A stretch of 64,000 nt of DNA, from positions 197,789 to 261,788 of the IMG/VR virus record IMGVR_UViG_3300028829_003504; one strand, written 5' to 3'. Made by a program: the position numbers and the translations under genes. Positions 10,624 to 19,408 of this stretch are shown piece by piece. Position 1 is the stretch's first letter, and each line of letters starts with the position of its first letter. The notes under the pieces were generated by a model. The model worked only from the letters and a program-made list of their open reading frames with translations. It made no database searches and was not told the origin of the DNA.

Positions 10624-11492
10624 TGAAAATAACACTAACAAGACCCAAGTCAGTTGACGTAGTTAAAGAACTCGACCGAATGGGCGTATCAAAGACGGAT
10701 AGGTCAAAACCTCCTAGTATCACTATGTTTCCACAGGTAGTTGATTTAGATTATCATGATGTTTGGGAGAAGTTCCTTAGTACTCAGACGAGTAATGACC
10801 TATACACTCAGGGTGACTTCCCTGAGCACGGCCTTTATCTGGTATGTTGTGGTTTTATATCATACATGGATAATCAAGCCTCCAGTGCCTACGACAAGTC
10901 TAAGTTTAATTTACTGGATAACTCAAGAAGGCAACTGCATCATAAGTTACTAGGATTCAAGCAAGACCTCGGTACATTTCTTAGGCAGAAAAACTTAAAC
11001 CGCACGTTGTCTATTTACAAAGACGATATATCTATACTTAATCCTGATACTAATGCTTTCATTAATGCCAATATTGATATACAGGCGCAAGTAACTTTAT
11101 TTATGGTACCTAGAAAAAAGTTTATCTTAAAGAAAACAGACTTTGGTAGTACGTCAGAACGCACCTCGTTGGACCCTATATTATATTCCCTAAAGAACTA
11201 TCTATATAGGAATGAATTGCCCTCTCAGATGCAAGGCAAGAAACGTAATTTAAACTCGAACTTATCGAAGACCCGATATCTAACTGAATCCGAAGTATTA
11301 AAAAAGCCAAACCGACAGTGGGCTAGAGTAGATACTAAAGGTATTCATGTACTTGCTTATAGGGCAGGTCGTGACTTATTGGCTCTGAGATTTATTTTAG
11401 ATATACCTATCATATTCTTTGGAGGCAACTTAGGACAGAAAGATGTCTTAGTTGAAATCAAGAAAGTAATTAAAAGAAGTCTACCTATGTGA
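10623..11492 (+). CDS. hypothetical protein
   Basis: TAATG-coupled ATG at 10623; about 289 aa. Confidence 0.65.
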   Translation: MKITLTRPKSVDVVKELDRMGVSKTDRSKPPSITMFPQVVDLDYHDVWEKFLSTQTSNDLYTQGDFPEHGLYLVCCGFISYMDNQASSAYDKSKFNLLDNSRRQLHHKLLGFKQDLGTFLRQKNLNRTLSIYKDDISILNPDTNAFINANIDIQAQVTLFMVPRKKFILKKTDFGSTSERTSLDPILYSLKNYLYRNELPSQMQGKKRNLNSNLSKTRYLTESEVLKKPNRQWARVDTKGIHVLAYRAGRDLLALRFILDIPIIFFGGNLGQKDVLVEIKKVIKRSLPM

Positions 11493-11499
11493 GGAACGT

Positions 11500-12048
11500 A
11501 TGGTTTTTTTAAAACGAACACAAGAAGCTTTATCTAAGACGCTACAAGACGATCCTAGATTAAAGCCCATTATAAATAATATCATAAGTACGTCCAGTGT
11601 AGACGACATAGAATACAGTAACAAGTTCGAAGCTGTTATGTCAATTTTACGTAGTCGTGGCTTGTCTGTGGATTCTCTTGATCCATCAGACCTTGAGGAG
11701 ACTATAGGTCTTCTTATGGGTGCAGTTCTATCTATGAACATGGAACTTACTAGTGCCAAATCCGACGAATTGGATATACCTTTGGATGTAAATCCATTTA
11801 ACGAAGACGATATTTTAGTTTCTATGTACATAGAACGTTGTGAGAATACGTTCCTTGAGAGACTAGGTAAGCTTAAAGCCTATGAACTTAAAGATCTCTT
11901 TAAATCTACCAACTATTGGAAGTCCCTACCTCAGCTTGATAGATGGGTTCAAGCTAAACTACTAATAAATCAATCGGCCTATAGTGAGTATGAACCTCTA
12001 GCTATTTGGACAAAGCTAGCTGACTCTTACGGTTTAATAAAAGGATAA
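11500..12048 (+). CDS. hypothetical protein
   Basis: 182 aa, GAGGA RBS. Confidence 0.7.
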   Translation: MVFLKRTQEALSKTLQDDPRLKPIINNIISTSSVDDIEYSNKFEAVMSILRSRGLSVDSLDPSDLEETIGLLMGAVLSMNMELTSAKSDELDIPLDVNPFNEDDILVSMYIERCENTFLERLGKLKAYELKDLFKSTNYWKSLPQLDRWVQAKLLINQSAYSEYEPLAIWTKLADSYGLIKG

Positions 12049-12052
12049 AAGA

Positions 12053-15000
12053 ATGTTCGAATCTAATGACGATAATCTGGAACTCTTCTCCTATGCGCAG
12101 GGTTTAATCTCGACATCTAAAGACGCAACCTCCGATGTTGCCGACCCTATAGCGGCCTCAATGGCACCAGTGCAGTTGGCTCCTGAAAGCATGAAAGACT
12201 TTATGGGTCACTTCTTTCCTACACGTAAGAAGTCTGCTGCTGCGGGAGGCCCCACAGGTAATGACCTACAAAGGCTCGTACCTGAATTATCTAAAGTCTC
12301 CTACGGTATTAGCAAGTTTTTTGCCTTTGCCCAATACTGTTTAGCTAACGGTAGTACGTTGGAAGACATGGAACGTGGAGATATGATCTCTAACCTAACT
12401 TCTATAGCCAATGCGTTAAATCAAGAAGTCCATAAAGATGAAATGAAACAGCACCTGAGTACTGTATTCGGTGTGCTGAGTCAAGGTCAGCACCACGTAA
12501 TTAAAGACAGTGAGCGTTTTAAGAAAGGTAAGGATATTATCTTTTCTGGCATCCCGGGTTCACAGAAAGCTCTTAAAGGCGGTATTCATTTTCGTGCCCA
12601 ACCTATTGCTGAGATTCAAGTTAACCGTAACCCATCGACTGAAGGTTTCTACGAAAACGAACGTCTTGGTAATTATAGCACTGAACTAAGTCTAGGTGTA
12701 ATAAAAGCGTGTGAGTTTTTACACAAAGAATTGTTCGGTGAGGCTACTACCTTTTCTAAGCAAGACATGCGTAAAGTTCACCAGAAGCGCTGGACTTGGG
12801 ACTTTGAAGCTTTAAATCAAAAGATGGCCGATTACATGGGCCTTCCTCTTAAATTTGAATTCTTCGTCAACCCTGATAAGGACCTTGTTAGCAAGTTTGA
12901 CAAGTATATGTCTTTGGCTTGCATACGGGAAGTAAACAAAAACGTTGCAAAGGAATGGTCATACTATCTAACCCACCAAGACGGCACGGATAAGCCTGAC
13001 AATAGTAAATTGATTACTAAAGAAGGTATGTTGGCGTCGGTTAACTTTGGTATTACTTATTGCTTAAACCTGCCTACAGAATTCGTCAACTACATCTCAC
13101 AGTCTGAGAGCGGTGACCTATCACTATACGCATTGCATACTTGGATAACTACGTGGGGTAAGTACTATATACGACCTGCAGGTTCTTCTACTGGTGGTAT
13201 TACTCGTAAGTTCCTACCTCGATATATCGTTCCAGCTTCACGTACCTCTAATTTGGTTGAAGAACGTAAGAAAGCAGGTTACTATGTCGATGGAGGTAGA
13301 AGTGACGAAGACAGTTTGACTGTTGGACCTATCGGTAGTTTGATGTATGTGCCTAAGCAAGACGCAGCCGACTTTGATAATGCCAAAGCGTACGAGTCTT
13401 CGATGGAAGAATTGATTCGTTTGTCTTATGAACACGGAGTTCCTGTAACTGATAATGTGACGTTGACTGACGAACAAATTGTTGCTTCGGGTTCCGCTGA
13501 TGCCCAAGGGAGCATACGTGCTCAGAAAGAGAAGTTGGAAGAATACAAGGGTACTGTACTTAGTTACTCTTGGGACTACAACACCATCTTAACTGTAGGT
13601 GCTAACAATAGTTTCAAACAAAACAACATTGACTTACAAGGATCTACTGTACCTGATGCGTTGACTGTATCTGATTACTTAGGCTTTGACTTCTCAGAAG
13701 AAGGCGAACTTCCTATAGTTAAAGATTTTGCAGACAGCCTGGCGATGATGATGATGCACATCAAACCCGACGGTACTGACATGCACGTTACTCCAGAATC
13801 AATCAAGTTTGGTTACTGGAAAGATGACGCAGAGAGTGGTTTCTTAGGATTCCCACCGTTCGCTTCATTGCTACGTACTTATACATACATGGCCATAAGA
13901 AAGAAAGTCCCAACCTTGAGTAAGTTGATTGAGGAGGCTGCCGAAGAGCTATCCTTACCAACTCTTGATTCTAATGACTTCGAGCTCGGTTTATATAAAT
14001 CTGTTATCCGTAATGACCTAAGTCTACAAGCTTCCGATGTGATTAAAACAGGTGAGGTCATTAAACGATTAATAACCTATGCTATTAAAGATGCCGAAGC
14101 AGGCCCTGGTAGTAATTTACGTACCCAAGTAATGCGTGAGATTGGCCCTGAGTCTTTCGATGTAGAAATCAAAGATCATCCTCGATTCTTTAATAAAAGA
14201 TCGAGCACACTGGCAGACTTTGGTAATGTTTACGCCTACCTTGGTGGTCGTGTATTCCAGAAGGCTTGTATGGCTCTTACTAAAGTAAGTAGCAAAGACT
14301 TGATGACACAGAACTTCGAAGGCGTAGAAGGCCTGCTAAAAGATGTGACGTTGCCTAGTTTCCAAACTATTAGTATGGAAGTTATGCCTCTTGCAATCAT
14401 GCTTGGTAAGATGGTTCCTCAAGCTACTGAGTACTTTGAGAAAGCAGAAGTCATTATCGATTCATTCCGTAAGGATGACTCCCTAGATGCTGACGACATC
14501 GTTATGCCTGGTCTTGCCGAAGGCAGTCAGATGTTTCCACACCAAATAGATATTCATCGTACATTACGTAAACGCCCTAAGTTCGCTACTATTGATGTTG
14601 CACCTGGTGGAGGTAAGACAATAGCGTTACTAGTCGATATAGGTTGTGTGCAGAACGAAGACCCAGACGGTATACGAGCCCTTGTACTTTGCCCAGACCA
14701 TTTAGTTGGTAACTGGTGTGAAGATATGGTTAAGGTTACTAAAGGTAGTTGGAACGTAGTACCTCTTAAAACAGAAGTATGGAAACGTTGGGGTGACGAG
14801 AAGTTAGCTGCGATGATTCAGGGCGCACCACCTAATACGATATTTGTTGCTGGTTTGAACTTCGTTAAGTCTAAGCCTTTCCTGATGTCTTATGGTACTA
14901 AGTCAATCCATGTTTCTGGTATGGTAGAGTTCTTAAAGCGTTTTGGCTTTAACTACATCGCATTGGACGAATCCCACAAGTGTAAGAACTTAACAAGTAT

Positions 15001-17887
15001 TACACATAAAGCAACTAAGCAACTTACCACACTAAGTAGCGTAAAGTACGTCCGACTGGCTACAGGTACGTTGGTGCATAAAGACATTACTGATGTTGTC
15101 GGCCAAGCAGCCTTATATAGTTCACATATATTCCGTACTACTAACCTTTTTAACTATGAGTTTGATGCTTCTTCTAATGATAGTGCTGCCCGTGTTAGGT
15201 CTAAGCTGGCTAACCATAGTGCTGTTATAACTAAAAAGAAAAAGGAATGGGCATTCATGTTGCCTAACCCTGTTGATATACTTGTTAAGACTTCTATTGC
15301 TGACCCATCTAACCCTGGTTCAGAGATTCACTATGAAGTTTACAACGCCGTACTTAACGATGTTGTAGAGCAATTAGAGAAAGAAATCAATGACAAGAAA
15401 CGAGCCAATGCTATGGACCGACAAGAAGCAGACGATGACGGTATCGACGCTATGGGTGCTGATTCTGATCCGGATTCAATAGGACAGATCGAAGATTTTG
15501 GTTTAGAAGAGGACGACGACGACGAATTATCCAAAGTCGATCCGAACCAGCTTAAGTACTACATGCAACGTTTAGAGCAACTAGTAACAGATCCTTGGGG
15601 CGACCCTTCCGGTCGTGAAGCTTTAGAGAAAGCAGGTATAAAAGAGTTCGTACCGACTAAAGTTAAAGATGTTATAGGCCGTATCGATAATCACTTTACT
15701 ACTTACAAACCAGAAGACCTTAGTGCATTAAATACCTCACATGCTATCGTTTATTGGAACAAAGGTATGACTCATAAAGAATTGGATCTTGTAGAAGATT
15801 CCAATGGTGATACCTATATGGCTCGTAAGTTTGGTGATACTCGTAAACGTTTAGAGTATGACACACCATCTATTAAAGAACCATCGAAAGACCCTGAACG
15901 TTGGAAGCTTGAGATTAGAGGCAAGGTACTTATCTTCTGTCGCTATACACGATCGGTTAACGCAATCTTTGAAGGGTTACCTCCTAAGTACAAATCCATG
16001 GCTAAGAGATTCCATGGATCACTAGATGGTGAAGATAAGTGGGATAACTTAGAAGCGTTTAAAACTGACCCTAACTGTAAGATATTAATTGCTAATGAGC
16101 AATCAATAACTGAAGGTCAGAACCTGCAGATGGCATCACGTATTATCCGTGTAGATAGTCCTTGGTCTCCTGGTGATTACGATCAGTCTACTGCTCGTAT
16201 ATTCCGACCTGACCCTGCTGCTGCAAACATCGGCGAAGACGGTAAGCCTGGTGATATGCCACGTGAAGTAATCTTTATTGACTGGATTATGACTAGTGGT
16301 ACTTCGGAAGTTGCGAAGATCGCCCGACTAATGTGGCGTACAGTAGAGAAAACAAAGTTCGATGAAAAAGGGAATAAGCGCTACGAAGAACTTAATGAAT
16401 TTGACCTAACGCCTATATCAATGAGCCTTGAAACCTTACGTGAGCGTTCGACTATTGAGGACTTCATGGAATACTTTGAAGCCAAGGCAATGCTGAATGA
16501 CATTGAAGGTAACGAGTTTAGTGAGATGCGTAAGACGACCGTTGCTGCAATGATTCCTCTTACTCCTGCTCCGGCAAGAGACGACTTTGCGCTAATGGAC
16601 AGCGTTCCTATTGTAGGTAGTCAACGTATTGCTGACCCTCACGGTTTTGGTTTAAATAGAATGGTTGATTATATGTCGCAACATACAATCGATGACTCAC
16701 GTAAACCTGACGAAATCGCCGATATGATTAAAGGACTTCCTGTTAAAACTGAATTCGGCAACGGTACAGTTGTTGGCGTCAAATTTAGATACAGTAAAGG
16801 CCGTGACTCGGAGGGTAACCGCCGTCTTGAGAAAAGACCTATTCGTTCTGTAGTTGTACGACTTGCTGGTAGTGAGGAACTTGAGACATTCGATGTTTCT
16901 TTAGTTCACATAGCCACTAAGCTTTCTGATAAACAGTTTGATGAATTCTTCCGCGTTGAAAATACTTGGGGCACCGCCAAAGAAAAGAAAGCATTAGATC
17001 GTGCTCAGAAAGAAATCGATGATGCTAGTCGCAAGGAAGCGGACCGCCGTGAGAAAGAAGACGCACGTATTAGCTCAGCCTCTGCTAAAGAAAGTGCAAA
17101 ATCTAAGAAGGCCAAGAAGCGCAAAGAAAATATCGCAGCAGGTAAGCCAATTAATGAAGGTGTTAAGATCATCAAGAAAGGTGAGAAGATGCCTAAGCCG
17201 GCTAAAGACCAGGTTAAGATCATCAAAGCTGATGACAGTAAGACTACTGCTGATAGACGTTTACGTATTATCCCAAGTGTGTATGATGGCTTCATTGCCA
17301 TCCATGCTAACTTGAGAGACCCGGATGCCCATGATATGAAACAATTTAGTTTTGTACCTTTCGGCGATTACTTGTACATTGAAACTAATCGTTATGAAAG
17401 ATTCTGGACCATTGTAGAGTGGATTGAAGCACAGGCTAAGCAGATGAAGATTAAGCTGGACGCTAAATCTGAGAAACGCCTTGAGGTTATCCAAGATGCT
17501 TTTGAAGAACGTAAAGTTATAAATTTTAATGCTCGACTTGCGGCTAAAGTTCAATCTGAGCTTCCTCAGTTCCATAGACAGAGACATATAGAAGCACGCG
17601 ATAGAAAGTCTATTAAAATCTATCCAATGGTTATGCAAGACCGTGTTCGTCTAGCAATTGATTTACGTACTAATCCACTTGTACGTAAATTCATGGACCG
17701 ATCTGTACCAGGTGCTGCATCTAAATGGAAACATCATGAAGGAATGAACATCTTCTTCGCGGTGAACAAAACGGAAGCTAAACGTAAACTTAAGGAGCTT
17801 GTTGAAGCTGGTTATACGATTACCAACATAGACAAAGCGCTTGATTCTATAAGTCAGCTTAAAGTAACTCGTAGCAAATCTAAATAG
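12053..17887 (+). CDS. very large SNF2-family (SF2) ATPase/helicase
   Basis: Walker A APGGGKT, LDESH, motif III ATGT, C-lobe EGQNLQMASRIIRVDSPWSPGDYDQSTARIFR; long N- and C-terminal extensions. Confidence 0.9.
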   Translation: MFESNDDNLELFSYAQGLISTSKDATSDVADPIAASMAPVQLAPESMKDFMGHFFPTRKKSAAAGGPTGNDLQRLVPELSKVSYGISKFFAFAQYCLANGSTLEDMERGDMISNLTSIANALNQEVHKDEMKQHLSTVFGVLSQGQHHVIKDSERFKKGKDIIFSGIPGSQKALKGGIHFRAQPIAEIQVNRNPSTEGFYENERLGNYSTELSLGVIKACEFLHKELFGEATTFSKQDMRKVHQKRWTWDFEALNQKMADYMGLPLKFEFFVNPDKDLVSKFDKYMSLACIREVNKNVAKEWSYYLTHQDGTDKPDNSKLITKEGMLASVNFGITYCLNLPTEFVNYISQSESGDLSLYALHTWITTWGKYYIRPAGSSTGGITRKFLPRYIVPASRTSNLVEERKKAGYYVDGGRSDEDSLTVGPIGSLMYVPKQDAADFDNAKAYESSMEELIRLSYEHGVPVTDNVTLTDEQIVASGSADAQGSIRAQKEKLEEYKGTVLSYSWDYNTILTVGANNSFKQNNIDLQGSTVPDALTVSDYLGFDFSEEGELPIVKDFADSLAMMMMHIKPDGTDMHVTPESIKFGYWKDDAESGFLGFPPFASLLRTYTYMAIRKKVPTLSKLIEEAAEELSLPTLDSNDFELGLYKSVIRNDLSLQASDVIKTGEVIKRLITYAIKDAEAGPGSNLRTQVMREIGPESFDVEIKDHPRFFNKRSSTLADFGNVYAYLGGRVFQKACMALTKVSSKDLMTQNFEGVEGLLKDVTLPSFQTISMEVMPLAIMLGKMVPQATEYFEKAEVIIDSFRKDDSLDADDIVMPGLAEGSQMFPHQIDIHRTLRKRPKFATIDVAPGGGKTIALLVDIGCVQNEDPDGIRALVLCPDHLVGNWCEDMVKVTKGSWNVVPLKTEVWKRWGDEKLAAMIQGAPPNTIFVAGLNFVKSKPFLMSYGTKSIHVSGMVEFLKRFGFNYIALDESHKCKNLTSITHKATKQLTTLSSVKYVRLATGTLVHKDITDVVGQAALYSSHIFRTTNLFNYEFDASSNDSAARVRSKLANHSAVITKKKKEWAFMLPNPVDILVKTSIADPSNPGSEIHYEVYNAVLNDVVEQLEKEINDKKRANAMDRQEADDDGIDAMGADSDPDSIGQIEDFGLEEDDDDELSKVDPNQLKYYMQRLEQLVTDPWGDPSGREALEKAGIKEFVPTKVKDVIGRIDNHFTTYKPEDLSALNTSHAIVYWNKGMTHKELDLVEDSNGDTYMARKFGDTRKRLEYDTPSIKEPSKDPERWKLEIRGKVLIFCRYTRSVNAIFEGLPPKYKSMAKRFHGSLDGEDKWDNLEAFKTDPNCKILIANEQSITEGQNLQMASRIIRVDSPWSPGDYDQSTARIFRPDPAAANIGEDGKPGDMPREVIFIDWIMTSGTSEVAKIARLMWRTVEKTKFDEKGNKRYEELNEFDLTPISMSLETLRERSTIEDFMEYFEAKAMLNDIEGNEFSEMRKTTVAAMIPLTPAPARDDFALMDSVPIVGSQRIADPHGFGLNRMVDYMSQHTIDDSRKPDEIADMIKGLPVKTEFGNGTVVGVKFRYSKGRDSEGNRRLEKRPIRSVVVRLAGSEELETFDVSLVHIATKLSDKQFDEFFRVENTWGTAKEKKALDRAQKEIDDASRKEADRREKEDARISSASAKESAKSKKAKKRKENIAAGKPINEGVKIIKKGEKMPKPAKDQVKIIKADDSKTTADRRLRIIPSVYDGFIAIHANLRDPDAHDMKQFSFVPFGDYLYIETNRYERFWTIVEWIEAQAKQMKIKLDAKSEKRLEVIQDAFEERKVINFNARLAAKVQSELPQFHRQRHIEARDRKSIKIYPMVMQDRVRLAIDLRTNPLVRKFMDRSVPGAASKWKHHEGMNIFFAVNKTEAKRKLKELVEAGYTITNIDKALDSISQLKVTRSKSK

Positions 17888-17892
17888 TATGC

Positions 17893-17918
17893 CGGAGGCC
17901 TCGGCCTCCGCTTAATTT
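17893..17918 (+). terminator. GC-rich hairpin, probable terminator
   Basis: CGGAGGC-CTCG-GCCTCCG followed by CTTAATTT right after the SNF2 stop. Confidence 0.6.
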
Positions 17919-17931
17919 AAGGAAATTTGTA

Positions 17932-18414
17932 ATGAAACAATTTGATACCAACCCCGACCGTCTTAGACGGCAACAGGCTGTTATGTCTCACTTAAAATTC
18001 TATCGTGGTGAGCTAGATGGTATTTGGGGACCGGCTTCTATTAGTGCTAAGAAAGCATTTGAGGTCAGTGGGTCATTCACTGGTGGGCTTCCTAACCAAG
18101 GACTTCCATTTAATCCGAATGCCCAACTGCCCTCAATACTTTATCGTGACCCACAGACAGGACTTGTTTGTCATCCTGAACTAAGTGACGAGAAACTAAC
18201 AGAGATGTTCCGCAGCCGTGGCAATGTTAGTGTAACTAAAGTGTCGGAAACTCAAGTATCTAATGATACTAAGAAAGTTGAACAACCGCATGTGCCTACG
18301 CAGCAGGAACCTCAGCGACAAGAGAACCGTAAGCAGGAACCTCAGCGACAAGAGAACCGTAAGCAGGAACCTCAGCGACAAGAGAAGCTTAAGCAGAAAC
18401 ATCGCCAAGGATAG
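17932..18414 (+). CDS. peptidoglycan-binding-domain protein with C-terminal charged repeats
   Basis: LKFYRGELDGIWGPASISA matches the PGBD DGxxGPxT motif; QEPQRQENRK repeats. Confidence 0.6.
   Translation: MKQFDTNPDRLRRQQAVMSHLKFYRGELDGIWGPASISAKKAFEVSGSFTGGLPNQGLPFNPNAQLPSILYRDPQTGLVCHPELSDEKLTEMFRSRGNVSVTKVSETQVSNDTKKVEQPHVPTQQEPQRQENRKQEPQRQENRKQEPQRQEKLKQKHRQG
18302..18386 (+). repeat. 30-bp coding tandem repeat, about 2.8 copies
   Basis: AGCAGGAACCTCAGCGACAAGAGAACCGTA x2 plus a partial third copy. Confidence 0.95.
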
Positions 18415-18500
18415 TGTACCCATGTGGACTAATAATCGACCAAGGTAGCATAATACAACTTCTATTCCATGAAAAGTGGCCTAAGTAGTTGGAAACAAGC

Positions 18501-18510
18501 AAACTGTAAA
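18501..18510 (+). promoter_or_regulatory. AAACTGTAAA motif (putative phage promoter element)
   Basis: Exact 10-mer also at 30326, 47994 and 62843, each between genes and upstream of a start. Confidence 0.5.
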
Positions 18511-18520
18511 GATACCCTAT

Positions 18521-19369
18521 ATGACTAATTGCTATATAGGGTATTTTTGTATGCAACACCAGTACATCGATTATGTTTATTCTTACGCCGTTAAGAAACG
18601 TGAATTACTCATTCCATATTTAAAAGGCGATAAACACCACATCCCTGAACACTTCCTCTATCCCAATCACCTGATGACTACCTCTGACACCAAAGCATAC
18701 TGTGACTTTATGCTGATGTCCATCAATGACGAAATAGATTTCCACCACTACGATGTAATCAATCGCGTAGACGCAGAACTTCAAAACATATTCGGCGTTG
18801 ACTTTCACCAACACATGATTATGTTCGCACTCGCATTGGCTACATACTTACACGGTGACCCAGAAGCCGTTGACCATGCTCGTAATACAGGCGAACCTTA
18901 TATTGAACATCCTCTTGAGGTGTATTACATTATATCACAGGTCACTAACCGTTATGCCGACCTCAACGAGTTTGAAACAGTAATGGTACTATCTGCTACG
19001 TTACTTCACGATACAATAGAAGGTACTAAGGCAACGGTAGAGCTTTTAGAGATAATATTCGGTAGAGACACTGCCTACTTGGTATGTGGCTGCTCAAAGA
19101 CTGAGTCCCTTATCGATTATCCGTTACCTCTTAGTGTGTTAAATCCTGATCATAGTACCACTGAACACTATGTTAATGGTTCGGAACATGTACAGAATAT
19201 CAAGACAGCCGATGCCATACATAACATAAGTTGCTTCGAAAGAGATAACCCAAAGTACGCACCTGTCTACGCAGAACGAAAAAGTAAGCTGCACGTACAA
19301 TTTCTTAAGGCCGATAAACACTTAATGTCCAAGCTAATGAATTTGATTCACGGTAAAGTATTGGCTTAG
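18521..19369 (+). CDS. HD-domain protein of the RelA/SpoT-hydrolase (Mesh1/SAH)-like family
   Basis: R-x-TGEPYIEHPLEV, LLHDTIEG, KTADAIHN. Confidence 0.8.
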   Translation: MTNCYIGYFCMQHQYIDYVYSYAVKKRELLIPYLKGDKHHIPEHFLYPNHLMTTSDTKAYCDFMLMSINDEIDFHHYDVINRVDAELQNIFGVDFHQHMIMFALALATYLHGDPEAVDHARNTGEPYIEHPLEVYYIISQVTNRYADLNEFETVMVLSATLLHDTIEGTKATVELLEIIFGRDTAYLVCGCSKTESLIDYPLPLSVLNPDHSTTEHYVNGSEHVQNIKTADAIHNISCFERDNPKYAPVYAERKSKLHVQFLKADKHLMSKLMNLIHGKVLA

Positions 19370-19408
19370 TGTGAAAAGGCCTTAACATGCAATAATTAAG
19401 GATGCCGA

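Noticed and set aside
18302-18386. 30-bp repeats as a mini-CRISPR
   Set aside because: No spacers; the repeats keep the reading frame of the 17932 gene
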